Below, in pieces: positions 51,449 to 64,000 of a stretch of 64,000 nucleotides of DNA; position 1 is the stretch's first letter; the number at the start of each line of letters is the position of its first letter. The position numbers and the translations under genes are program-made. The notes beneath the pieces are model-generated. The model was not told the DNA's origin. It made no database searches and worked only from the letters and a program-made list of their open reading frames with translations. This DNA is from Flaccisagitta enflata (taxonomy: Eukaryota): positions 18,166,001-18,230,000 of the forward strand of contig OZ231126.1 in NCBI GenBank assembly GCA_965153355.1. Reading direction: 5' to 3'.

Positions 51449-52363
51449 GGCAATGTTCAAATAATTTTTGACATCTTTTGTTTTTAGTTGCGGACACGCA
51501 ACTCTATAAGAGGCTTTGTCCGTCCGTCCGTCCGTTGGTTGGTCTGTCCGTTGGTGAGCACGAGTCGAAAAGAGTGAAAACGCGCATTTCCGCCCCTGCC
51601 CACCTGTCCGCAACTGGTGGCCGTGTATCCGGCCTTGTTTTCGGAATCCTCCGCCAGAGCGAAGCTTTAATTTGAACTGATTTGGACAATTACATTTAAA
51701 ACCTAGCCCAACCTCGCCCTAACGCTGACCCTACCCCTAACCCTAAAACTAATCCCCATCCCTAACCCTATCCCCACCCCTAACCCTCAATCAATAAAAC
51801 GCTTAAAAAGACGTCGAAACGCTTAAAAACGAAACGCTTAAAAAGACGTCGAAAGTTCCTTGAAGAATACCTTGACGGCGTATCACAGTCCATCAAATCC
51901 CACCCTGATGGAAAAAAAACACCTAACGCCACTTTATCCCACTCCACCGACCTACACAGTCCATCAAATCCCACCCTGATGGCAAAAAAACATCTAACGC
52001 CACTTTATCCCACTCCTCCCACCTATATCCTCTTCGATCGACTGCAAGTGCAAAGATATTGATGGAAATGATTGTCAGTTTGAAAGATTTGATGTTCTTA
52101 TCTGACAAAAGGCGAAGACCATTATTGGTTGCGTGTAAGCGACTCCACGTGAGAGAGTGTCATTAAGTACTTCCGTCCAAACATTTATCCTGCTAGTTTT
52201 GGATAACGCACAACTGACCGAATGCTGATTGTTAATCATAACTGCTCCTGCCTTACAGCATACTGCAGGTTATATCGGTCGTGCATCCGACCATGTCTTA
52301 TCGTTTGTCTAGTGTCGAAAGTCTACCTAGTCGTGTTGATTTTTCTATTTTTTCAAAAATTAG

Positions 52364-52538
52364 GCTGTAGCCATGGTGATAAATCGTTGGAACAACTTGA
52401 AGCAACTCATGGCCGACACTTCGATCGACGTCTGCCAGTTTTCGCGTGAACTAAAGAGGAAAGAAAAAGAAGAACAAACAAAACGACAATTCTTCAAAAA
52501 ATTCAGATTTCGCAGCCACGAGGGCGTTTACAATTGCG
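52364..52538 (+). CDS. CHS: Chitin synthase exon 14
   Basis: AVAMVINRWNNLKQLMADTSID resembles the Q...ML.HR..T motif; donor G|GTGAG at 52539, with a same-phase alternative G|GCAAGT at 52548. Confidence 0.8.
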
Positions 52539-52586
52539 GTGAGAATGGCAAGTTTATGACACCTATGACCTCCCAACCCCCACCCT

Positions 52587-52664
<78 letters not shown>

Positions 52665-52741
52665 GCATTTGTACTTTGATTTTTTTTTTTACAGATCAAA
52701 GAACTCAGTTCAACAGTTGTTTGAATTTTCTTCTCCATATA

Positions 52742-53302
52742 CAGTATGATCCATCTGAACTGTAACATTTCACGACGGCATTGCTCAAAAAATAAAAGAG
52801 ACAGTTCAGTTCTGAAAAAAACATATGAAAAATAATTGCTTGGCATTTTATGATAACCTATTTCCCAGACTTTTCTTTCAAACTTTGATACTTTTTACAC
52901 ATAAAAGAATTTGTTGCAAATAATACTAAAAATGGTCATTTTTCTCTCTTTTTTTCATAAAATCGTATCCAATTACAATCTTTTTCAATTTTACCTTAAA
53001 CTACATTAATATTTTTCATATTTGAAACCTATCTGATATCAAAAAGGGAAAATTTTTAGATAATTAAAGCAATTCCAAGAAAAAAATTTTTTCACAATGT
53101 CACAAAAATGCTTGTTTTGCCAAGCATAATTATTGGTTCATTAAGAATTTAAGGGTTTAGATTTTCTAAAAAAATCCTGAGCATCAATCATCATAAAATG
53201 CCAAATCATTATATGATAGAGATTTTTTTCAGAATTAGATTATCACTATTACTTTTTAAGCGATGCCGTCATGAAATGTTACAGTCGAGATGAATCATAC
53301 TG
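52742..53302. mobile_element. Tc1/mariner-type MITE
   Basis: TA|CAGTATGATCCATCTGAACTGTAACATTTCA...TGAAATGTTACAGTCGAGATGAATCATACTG|TA. Confidence 0.82.
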
Positions 53303-53515
53303 TAGTATGTATAAAAATTGAAATGTAATCTATACAAAAACTGCATTTGCGCTGGCATTTGCGCCGGCAGTTGGGGGGGGAAATAGGAGTGGGGGCCCGG
53401 ATTTTTGGATTGTATGGGGGCCCGAAATTCCTTAGTGAGCCCCTGCCTGTAGGGAAATAGTGAGAAGATTCACACACAGATAGTACACTTAAGAAAGTAG
53501 TGAAAAGAATCATGA

Positions 53516-53909
<394 letters not shown>

Positions 53910-54055
53910 ACGTAAGAAACACTCGTGATGGCCACATAAACGCAATTTTGGCCGCGACTCCTCCAGGTGAAGACGTGAAAAAGCTTCGAACAAAAGACGT
54001 CAACAGCGTGAGAATGACGAGCGCCAAAAGATCTAAACGATCATCGCTTTACTAG
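53910..54055 (+). CDS. CHS: Chitin synthase probable terminal exon 15
   Basis: CAG acceptor after a (CT)n tract; phase-matched open frame DVRNTRDGHINAILAATPPGEDVKK...SSLY*; AATAAA follows. Confidence 0.65.
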
Positions 54056-54092
54056 CAAGTCCAACCGAGCCGGCGTAGCAGTTCTTAATATG

Positions 54093-54098
54093 AATAAA
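54093..54098 (+). promoter_or_regulatory. Putative polyadenylation signal of the chitin synthase gene
   Basis: AATAAA about 40 nt after the TAG of the inferred last exon. Confidence 0.45.
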
Positions 54099-56714
54099 CC
54101 GACGGACGGATGGACGGAAGAACCTTTCTGTTTTGGGCGGGGGGGGGGGGGGGATAACAAACGTTTATATTCCTATAACAGAAAAATCATCACTCTTACT
54201 TTTGATGTTTTACTTCATTAGAATCAATCAGAACTTTCACAATCTGGTAAGAAATACACCGCTTTTAGATAGGGCTGTCGCGAAAAGAACTCATAAGATA
54301 CTTGAGACAACCATTTGATTCTTTTTTTTCTGTTGTAGATAATTTGATTAAGTTTTGTTACAAAAAAAGAAATGAAGCCCCAGTGTGAATACAAATATAA
54401 TATTTGCTTTAAATTTCCTGACAAAAATTGGTAAATATTAGCCAAAAATGGCTTCTTTTTTTTCATGGAAAAAACGAGGTTAGATATCAGCATTGCTTCT
54501 TTTTTTTAATTATGGTGGTCCTATAGTGTTGGTTATGAGGAATTGATGATGTATGGTTCAAAATTCTAAAATATTTGACTGATTTGATGCAGTAATGATT
54601 GATCTTGACCCCAAAACACGGCAAAAACCTCAAGATATGGGGAAATTCTTTCAAATTCTAGACCAATCCCAATGTTTCAGCTCAACTTTTCAAGAAATGA
54701 TCACTTTATGAAATAAAGGAAGCAAACTGTCAATGCGGAAAATCCCTCAATGTGACACACGCAATACTGATTCATGTCAAGTGGGAGGCTTAAGTTTTTT
54801 AGTCAATGGGACATTCTTTGCTTGTAGCAAAATTATATTGTATATATGTTCAGTCTGTTGGCTTATTTCCTTTGTAAGTTTGTTAGAAAGTAAAGAAATT
54901 CCACCATTTTAAGATGAAATTTATTGTCCTTGATTAATGCAACATTTAAGTGTTTTTTGGTGTTTCTTTGGAAATGATTACAATATCTCCATCTATCTAC
55001 AGTGTGTGTTACATTCTTGGTCAAGGAAAGACGTAAGGCCAAATGGATATGAAGATACAACTGCAACTGCAATGAAAGAAACCTTTATTGTGCCTTAAGT
55101 ATTTGTTGTGAAATATTCTGCTTAGAGCAGTCTGCAAGGTGAAAGCTTAAGATCTAGGGTTTTTTCATGCAAAATTTCATAGCACTAGCTCCACTTCGGC
55201 CACTTTGGCCACCACTCCTTTTGAGTGAAAAAGTTGCTTGGCAAGTTTGAGCAAGTTTTGAATCAGAAAATGTTTCATTTCTAGCTGAAATTTCTTTAAA
55301 TGTCAAAAATTTTTTGAAAATGTGAAAAATTGATGAATATTCAGGGATTCTTGGCCAATTTGGTCATTTCTGCTCTTTATCATGAAATTAGCAATGTTTT
55401 TACATGAAAAGATGCTGAAAAATGCTGTTTTTTAGGGAAATCTTGTCAAATTTCAATACCCTGTGGAATCCAAACAGCTGGAGCCAGCGCTTTGAAATTT
55501 TGCAATAGACTGTAGGTTATGTACTTCTAGACAATATAAATCAGAGTTCCTCATCATAGATACTTTAAGCATAGTAAAGGTTGTATTTGATGACAGGGTA
55601 GCCTGTTCTGTCCAAGATTAGGAAGCCAAACGTAGTTGTAATTCAGCATGCATTCGGTCGACCACCTAGGAAATGAACAAAGAAATGATCTGCACTCGAT
55701 TTCATTCGAAAGCTCACTGGCCCATACAAACAGACACACACACAAACACAAACACAAACACAAACACAAACAAACACAAACACTCAATCAGACAATCATA
55801 TTGCATTCTTTGGACTCAGACCGAAATCAGTTTATTTTCGATTCATCTTTGGCGATGCTGCAGCTGGTGACCACTTTTGATGCTGCAGCTGGTGTCCACT
55901 TTTGCTGCTTGTCACGTTTCGCATGAACAAAAACTTGTGCCGCTGGGAGAGGCTAAAAAGGGATCTTACCCTGCATTAGGCAAAAAAGTGTGTCCAACTT
56001 TACGACGGTTCACAGTCGAGATTTTTAGCGCTTACGTCGAGAAGTATGACGTCAGCTAGTAATTCAAATTTCAGGACAATCGCATCAATAGTTTTAGAAG
56101 TTACGGCCTTTTTCATACTTAAAAAGTAAAAGAGAAAACCGGCGTTCTTTTTTTCCGTTCTTTCTTTGAACTCGCCCCCAATCAATTTTTTAAATTCTTT
56201 TGAAAAAGTGAGGTTACAGGATTTTGGATCTAGGTGAATAAAACAATTTTGTATCGATTGCACCCCACTTCTGAGAACCATTTTTTAAAAAAATATTTTG
56301 TAATTTTTTTTTCAAAGTCCCTGACACGCGATACAAAGAATTTCAAATTTTTTTTTAGAGAAAAAAAAATGAGAATACAAGATTTTGGATCTAGGCAAAT
56401 CAAACAATTTCCTATTGATAGCACCCCACTTTTGAAAACCATTTTTCAAAATGTGCGAAGTTTTTTGAAAAAAAAAATGAAAATACAAGATTTTGGATCT
56501 AGGCAAATCAAATAATTTCCTAATGATTGCACCTCACTTTTTTTTCAAAAAAAAAGAATTCTCAATAAGGGCTTTTTAGGAAGAAAATAATCATGTCTAG
56601 TCAAAGCCGATGGCAAGAGAAGTCGAATCTCCGTTGAACAAAACCAAGAACGCCTAGATCAGTGGAGATTTGTGCCTTCAATGACTCTCAACACTTCAGG
56701 GGGCAAGTTTTTTT

Positions 56715-59700
56715 AGTCGCATGCACGCGACTCTACACCTTGCCGTGTCGGTCGGTAGGTTGGTCTGTCGGTCCGTCCGTCCGTCCGTCCGTCCGTCCGT
56801 CACATTGTTAAAATTATGACTTTTTAAGGTATTTTAAGGTAATTTAAGGTACTCTAGGGTATTTCAGGGGACTCTAGGGTACTTCAGGGTAGTTTAAGGC
56901 ACTCAAGTTATTCTAAGTACTTAAGGTACTTTAGGATATTTTAAGATATTTTTGGGTTCTTGTGGGTATTTTTGATTATTTTTGGGTATTTTGGGGAATT
57001 TTGGGGTATCTTTGGGTATTTTTGGGTATTTTTGGGTAAACTTAGGTATTTTGGGTATTTTGTTAACTCTTTTTTGGACAGACGTTATAAAGGTTTTTTT
57101 TGGACAGACGTTATGAAGTTTTTTTATTGGACAGACGTTATGAATTTTGGAACATTGTGGAAATTGCGTAGTGGCAAGTAAGATAGGATAGAAAGGAGGG
57201 AGGGAAGGAGGATGAAAGAAAGGATTTTTTGGTTTAGTTCTAGTTTATGTCATTATGTAAATATGTAATTATGCTGTTATATTTGGGTATTTTCAGATAT
57301 TTTTGGGTACTTTTAAGTATTTTTCAGTATTTTTGGGTATTTTTGGGTATTTTTAGGTATTTTTAAGTATGTAAGCGAGTATGTATGTAAGTATGTAAGT
57401 ATGTACTTTTGAGTACTTTTGGGTACTTTTGGGTACTTTTGGGTACTTTTGGGTACTTTTGGGTGTTTTGGGTACATTTTCGATTCTTTTTTTTGATTTT
57501 TAAAACTTTGTATGAATAGAAAAGAAGGTATGTAGGTATGTAGGTAAGTATGTAAGTATGTAAGTATGTAAGTATGTATGTAAGTACGTAAGTACGTAAG
57601 TATGTAGGTAAATATGTAAGTATGTTGGTAAGTATGTAAGTAAGTATGTATGTAAGTATGTAAGTAGGTAAGTATGTAAGTATGTGAGTAAGTATGTAAG
57701 TATGTAAGTAGGTAAGTATGTAAGTATGTGAGTATGTAAGTATGTAAGCAAGTATGTAAGTATGTAGGTATGTAAGTATGTAAGTATGTAAGTATGTGTG
57801 TGTTTGTAAGTATGTAAGTATGTGTGTGTTTGTAAGTATGTAAGTATGTAAGTATGTAAGTATGTAAGTAAGTATGTAAGTATGTAAGTATGTAAGTATG
57901 TAGGTAAGTATGTAAGTGTGTATGTAAGTATGTAAGTATGTAAGTATGTAAGTATGTAAGTATGTATGTAAGTATGTAAGTATGTAAGTAAGTATGTAAG
58001 TAAGTAAGTATGTAAGTATGTAAGTATGTAAGTATGTAAGTATGTAAGTATGTATGTAAGTATGTAAGTATGTAAGTAAGTATGTAAGTATGTAAGTATG
58101 TAAGTATGTAAGTAAGTATGTAAGTATGTAAGTATGTATGTAAGTATGTAAGTATGTAAGTATGTAAGTAAGTATGTAGGTATGTAAGTATGTAAGTATG
58201 TAAGTATGTAAGTATGTAAGTATGTAAGTGTGTAAGTATGTAAGTATGTAGGTAAGTATGTAAGTAAGTATGTAAGTAAGTATGTAGGTATGTAAGTAAG
58301 TATGTAAGTATGTAAGTATGTATGTAAGTATGTATGTAAGTATGTAAGTAAGTACAGTGGACTACCGCCTTTTCGTCACCTGATTTAACAACATTTCGGA
58401 TTTAACATCCAAGTTTCTTTGGTCCCAAATTTTTGTAGGCTTTTGTAATTCTACCTGATTTAACGACACCTGATATAACAGCCAAACCTGATTTAAAGTC
58501 ACTATTTTTAGGTCCCTAGGAATTTTTTTCCCTGATTCAGTGACATTGACATGTTATTTCATTGAAGCTTTGATGTATCATTTTTATATATTAAACTAAA
58601 ACTTTAAATGCAAAAGTGAACAAAATAACAGCTTAAGAATGAAAAAAACTGTGAACAAAAAGATGAAATTATCATTAGTAGATTAATTCTTTATTGAAAC
58701 AAGGCCAACACCTTATAGTCGCGTGCAGTGGTTAAGACCATAAGACCAAAAGACTAAGAGACTAAGATTAAGACACTAAATGTAAATTGTATTGAAATAA
58801 CTTAAAAGGACTTAAAATGACTTAATATGACGTAAAAAAAAACAAGGACGGATACACGGCTACCGAAGTGGCGTGCGGGTGGGCAGGGGCCATATTTGAG
58901 GTCAACAGATCATTTGGGCAGGAGCAGTGAGGTCAAAAAAATAAAATCCGACAGACTGACCAATGGACCAACAGACAGATGGACAGAGCGGGTCATAAAA
59001 TCATGTGCATGCGATTAAAAATTTAAATCAAAATCAGCTATTTTTCAATGATATCTTTTTATCCCACAAATTAATTATGGTATCTTATACTTCTTCTTTT
59101 ACATGCTGTTGTGAGTTTTTACAAGGCTGACTGTTATGTTTGTCTGTCTGTCTTTCTGTTTGTCTGTCTGTCTGTCTGTTTGTCTGTCTCTCTTTCTGTT
59201 TGTCTGTAGCTCTGACTGTTTCTATGTTTGTTGACCATTTGCATAAAGGCTTGAAAACTATGATAATCAATAAGAAACTGATACTAGTCTTAGTTGCTCA
59301 TGAAGCAGTTTTAATAAATAGGAGAAAATTAGAAATTCGATTTAACGACATTCGGATTTAACGACCAAAAATCCCTAGTCCCTTCAGGGTCGTCAAATCG
59401 GGTTCCCACTGTATGTAAGTATGTAAGTATGTATGTATGTAAGTATGTAAGTATGTATGTATGTATGTACATATGTATGTAAGTATGTATGTAAGTAAGT
59501 AAGTATGTAAGTATGTAAGTAAGTATGTAAGTATGTAAGTAAGTATGTAATGTAAGTAAGTATGTATGTAAGTATGTATGTAAGTATGTAAGTATGTAGT
59601 ATGTATGTAAGCATGTAAGTAAATATGTAAGTATGTATGTATGTAAGTATGTAAGTATGTAAGTATGTAAGTAAGTATGTAGTATGTAAGTATGTAGTAA

Positions 59701-59808
59701 GTATGTAGTATGTTAAGTTTGTAGTATGAAGTTATGTAGTTGTGTGTAGTATGAAGTTGTGTAGTTTTGTGTAACTTAGCACGCGACTGTTGGCCTGTTG
59801 GGCTTGTT
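56715..59808 (+). mobile_element. Expanded HINE with (TATGTAAG)n and (TTTTGGGTA)n arrays and a nested insertion
   Basis: 5' AGTCGCATGCACGCGACT and 3' GCACGCGACT...GGCTTGTT termini. Confidence 0.72.
58355..59411. mobile_element. pogo/Tigger-like MITE nested in the TATGTAAG array
   Basis: TA|CAGTGG...CCACTG|TA ends; GATTTAAC subterminal repeats. Confidence 0.72.
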
Positions 59809-60073
59809 TTAAACGAGATGCGCTTTCAGCCTTTGAAATTTTAAGTTGTAGCTCGTCCCCTACCTGCATATTTCATAAAGTTCAGAATTTTCTTTGTTTT
59901 GTTTTTTTCCTATTTCTTTCTATAAAGTTAAGAGTAAAAAGGATTTTAGATGAATTGCCCTGAAAGACGACGACTTTCTTCTTCTATCAAACATCACTTG
60001 TTGCCATGAATATCACGTGTTAGTCTCAAAAGTGCGCTCCACTCGTCAGTGCAAGTGTCATGATTCTACAGTT

Positions 60074-60149
<76 letters not shown>

Positions 60150-60165
60150 CGACGACAACGACGAC

Positions 60166-60204
<39 letters not shown>

Positions 60205-61238
60205 AACGACAACGACAACGACAACAACAACAACGGCTTTGATAACAATGATAACAATAGACAATAGAGAAAAAACAATAGACAATAGACACATAGACAA
60301 TCCTCCAGGACCTACATTCATTCATTCATTCATTCATTCATTCATTCATTCATTCATTCATTCATTCATTCATTCATCCATTCATTCATTCATTCATTCA
60401 TGTATTCATTATTTCATTTATTCATTCATTCAATCATTCATTCTTTAATTCATTCGTTTATTCATTCACATATTTTTGCATTCGCGCAACCGTTAGACCA
60501 TAACTTGACTCGGTTAGTCTGAAAATGCACGCGCCGAAAAAAGAAATGCCGTTCGGGGCGACGCAAATTCGACGCTTGAAACGCAACGACGACGCGTCGA
60601 CGCGATTTTCGCGTTTTCCGATTTCTCTTCAATGTTGACGTTGAACAAGTTGATGAGGAGAGAGAGAAAGAAAATCGGAAACTTAGTCGGCGCAAAATAA
60701 AGCGCCTCAAATCGACTCTCCATCTGGCGCTCGCTTTTCAGTCGCGGACACGCGACGCTATCACCCAATTTTCGGTCCGTACGTCTGTCCGTCCGTCCGT
60801 CCGTCGGTCACAAAGTTGTTTTTCGACTTTTTCCTGTCCTGCCCACCCGTCCGCGACTAATGCTGCCGTGTATACGGCAATGTTTTTTTCTCGTTTCACT
60901 GGAATACACACGCGCTCTCTCTCTCTCTTTCGCTCTCTCTCTCTCTCTCTCTCTCCATGATTAAAAACTCATGCCGCTGGGAGAAGCTAAAAAGGGGTCA
61001 TACCCTGCATATTCCATGAAGTTGAAAATTTTCTTTGTTTTGAGTTTTTCTTATTTCTTTCTATTAAGTTAAATGTGAAAATGATTTTAGATGAAATCCC
61101 CTTAAAGACAACAACTTTGTTCTTCTATCTAACATCACTCGTTGATGTTTAAGGTAATCGTTCTCTTTTTATTCAATAACAGAGAATGTTTTGATGAAAT
61201 ATTAGACCAGAGAAAGGCGGCGAAATCAAAAGTTCCGA

Positions 61239-61344
<106 letters not shown>

Positions 61345-61350
61345 TCCATA

Positions 61351-61662
61351 AGGTGTGTCTGCATTAATCAGCTTATTCGTATATTTTATTTGAATATTAA
61401 TATCCGGATATTTCATTATGATGTGTCTGCATTCACCATCTTATTTGGATGTTTTATCTGGATTTCAATATCCGGATATTCTACATAGGGAATTTACAAA
61501 ATTCACTACGTGAAATATCTGGATATTGATATCCAAATAAAATATCCAAATAAGCAAATTAATGCAGACGCACTTTTAATTTTGTGAATTCACTATGTAG
61601 AATATCCGGATATTGATATCCAGATAAAATATCCAAATAGTATGGTGAATGCAGACGCACCC
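61351..61662. mobile_element. PIF/Harbinger-like fold-back MITE
   Basis: AGGTGTGTCTGCATT / AATGCAGACGCACCC ends with ATA and TTA flanks; internally duplicated arms. Confidence 0.6.
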
Positions 61663-62348
61663 TTAGTATGGAGACAAAAGGCACAATGACAACGCAATTA
61701 AAATGTAAATGTACTGTAATGCGCTTTTTACAATGGGAATATCCGTAGGTGTGAAGGATTAGCTGGCGCTCTTGCTTGTTACTAGCGCATGACACAAATG
61801 CTGAGAATTATAGGCTTTTTCAACTGGTGAGATTTTTCTTTTTCACGCTTTTATGATACAGGTTGAGAAGGGGATGAGTTGTTTTTATTTAATCCTGAGG
61901 ATAGTAGTGATGGGTCCGGATTAAACATCATTGAGAGCTCCAGAGGTTCTCATCCTTTGATTGGTTAGTGTTTGGTAGTAATGATGTCCATCTTTCATAC
62001 CAATATTTGTGTATCATTGTATTGGTGGGTTCGGTCAAAGTTGACCGAATATGTATGTATATATATATCAATAAGTGAGGAAAATCTTATTGTTGGATTT
62101 AATTCTTGGACCTTGGTGTTCTATCATCACAAAAAAAACCTTTACTCACGTTTTAATTAAAATCACTGGTTATATTTGGCCGATCTTTAAAAAAAAGTGA
62201 CGAAATAAAGGCCCTTCAAACTTTCAAGCAATCAACGCAAACCACGTCTCTCTTACTCAACGCGTTCAATTGTTACTTAACATCAAATGAAATATTTCAA
62301 TTTCGCTTTTGCCATTTCTACAAAATGACTTCTAAATGCTTTGAGCTA

Positions 62349-63504
62349 CAGTGGGGTTCATGGAATAACAGCCTAAACTGGAGGAAGGTATCAAAGTGTC
62401 TTAATTTCCTCTGACCAACTTGATATTTGAAACATAAGTTATTCATTTGATGCTTTTGTCCCTGAGTTTTTTGGTTGCTATGGAAACCAAAATTCTTATT
62501 TTAGAATTTATAACAGCTAAAATATCAATATTTCTACAAATATAATGATCCCACAGTATGTTCTGTAAGAATATTGCTTGTTTGGCCTTTGCTAGGGAGC
62601 ATCACACCTACTATCTTCGTGATAAAAATGTTGCAGCACATTCTGATCAATTACTCATAAACGATTTAACTTAACTACAAAAAATTGGTGACCAAATTAA
62701 AGCTCTTTAAATTTCCAAGCCAGTGCAATCCGCGTTTTCCTTTCTTGATTGGTTAAGAAGCTATTTAACTTTAAATGAAAGGCTTGCTTTTGAACGATTC
62801 TTAACTTGACTCAATTTCTTGTAATCTTTTCCATTCAAACAATCATAACTCATATGTTTTTTAATGAATCTAGGAAAAATTGGTGGCCAAAATGCAGAGT
62901 TTTTCAAGAGGCATCTTTTCTCTTTTTGACAAAACATAATCGGTGCAGCCTATAAAAAGTTATGGTCACTCAAAGATAGGAAAAGTAAACATTGCTTATT
63001 GCGCTAAAAGTTTTGAACGCTCTCACTCCTCAAAGCTTCCTGAGGCTCTGTAAATCACTTCCCTGGCAAATGGCGGCTATCATTGAGCTAGGGGGAGCTC
63101 AAATCAATAATTGATTGATTTACAGTAGTCTGGTTTAAGTTGTTTAATCAATCAAAGACCTAAAATCTCAAGTTGCAACATTTTTATTTCGAAGATAGTA
63201 GCAACCGCTAAATGATGCTCCCTAGCAATGGCTAAACAAGCGATATTCTTACAGAACATATTGTGGGAAAGTTGTTATTAACTTGATTTCAATCAATGTT
63301 CCCTTACTACATTAAAAAAAATATTGATATTTTAGCGGTTATGATTGTTTATGAAAATAATTCTAGTTTCCATAGCAACCAAAAAACTCAGGGACACAAG
63401 CATCAATTGAACAAGTTATATTTCAAATATTAGGTTTGTCAAATAAAATTGAATTACTTGAATAAGTTCCTCCAGTTTAGGCTGTTTTTCCACGAACCCC
63501 ACTG
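62349..63504. mobile_element. Tc1/mariner-type MITE with long TIRs
   Basis: TA|CAGTGGGGTTCATGGAATAACAGCCTAAACTGGAGGAA...TTCCTCCAGTTTAGGCTGTTTTTCCACGAACCCCACTG|TA. Confidence 0.88.
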
Positions 63505-63596
63505 TAGACAGATGCGGTTTGCATAGACTGCTCAAAAATCGCAGGACTTCAGTTATGTCACCAATCTCTCAATGATTCGCTGAAGCTGGAGCTAGA

Positions 63597-63983
63597 AGTC
63601 TCAATGTAGCAAATGGGATCAATAGATGGCGAGAATTTGCGGAGAATGGTCTGGAATGACATCATTCCAGACTACCTCGAAGAGCTCTACGAATTGCTTC
63701 CCTGACAAATGTCAGCCGTCTTACAGTTAAAGGGGGCTCACACTTACTATCTTCGCCAAAAATAATCTTTACTCTTTTATAATAAGTTCATTTACTTGTG
63801 TGAAAAATGAATGTAAAACGATTGTGGATCCATCAATATGTAATGTGAGCCCCCCTTGACTGGATCACGGCTGCCATTTGACAGGGAAGCAATTTGTAGA
63901 GCTTTTTGACATATTTGGGGGTGATGGCCCTACCGATCATTCCTGCTATTTTCTTGATCCCTTATTTTCACTACATTTAGACT
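63597..63983. mobile_element. Degenerate fold-back element, may extend past the window end
   Basis: 63681-63740 is an imperfect reverse complement of 63845-63905. Confidence 0.55.
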
Positions 63984-64000
63984 TAAACTTCCAAAGAGAC

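Noticed and set aside
51700-51790. Telomere-like CCCTAA repeats
   Set aside because: Short and degenerate; more likely an internal part of a dispersed repeat than a telomere fusion

Overview
This is repeat-rich animal (invertebrate-type) genomic DNA. The host gene is a metazoan chitin synthase on the + strand. I reconstructed 15 exons by hand from 575 to 54055 (the 5' part lies upstream of the window), carrying the TPYGGR, RKRWSQ, DGDVDF, LCAPGCFSLFR, GEDRW, QRRRW and WGTRE motifs. All splice phases agree except at exon 12, where a 34-bp tandem duplication frameshifts the C-terminal region. The introns hold: (i) a near full-length CR1/L2-group LINE (about 755-6525, minus strand) broken by a MITE in ORF1 and a single stop in ORF2; (ii) an apparently intact ~9.45-kb Helentron (about 9335-18789, minus strand) whose one ORF fuses a USP/C19-type deubiquitinase domain to Rep, PIF1 helicase and AP-type endonuclease domains; (iii) many short non-autonomous Helentron-like elements (HINEs) sharing its terminal structure, some carrying satellite arrays; (iv) a degenerate RLE-type non-LTR fragment; and (v) nested hAT-, Tc1/mariner-, Chapaev- and Harbinger-like MITEs plus long microsatellites. 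All assignments come from motif recognition by eye; no database searches were run.
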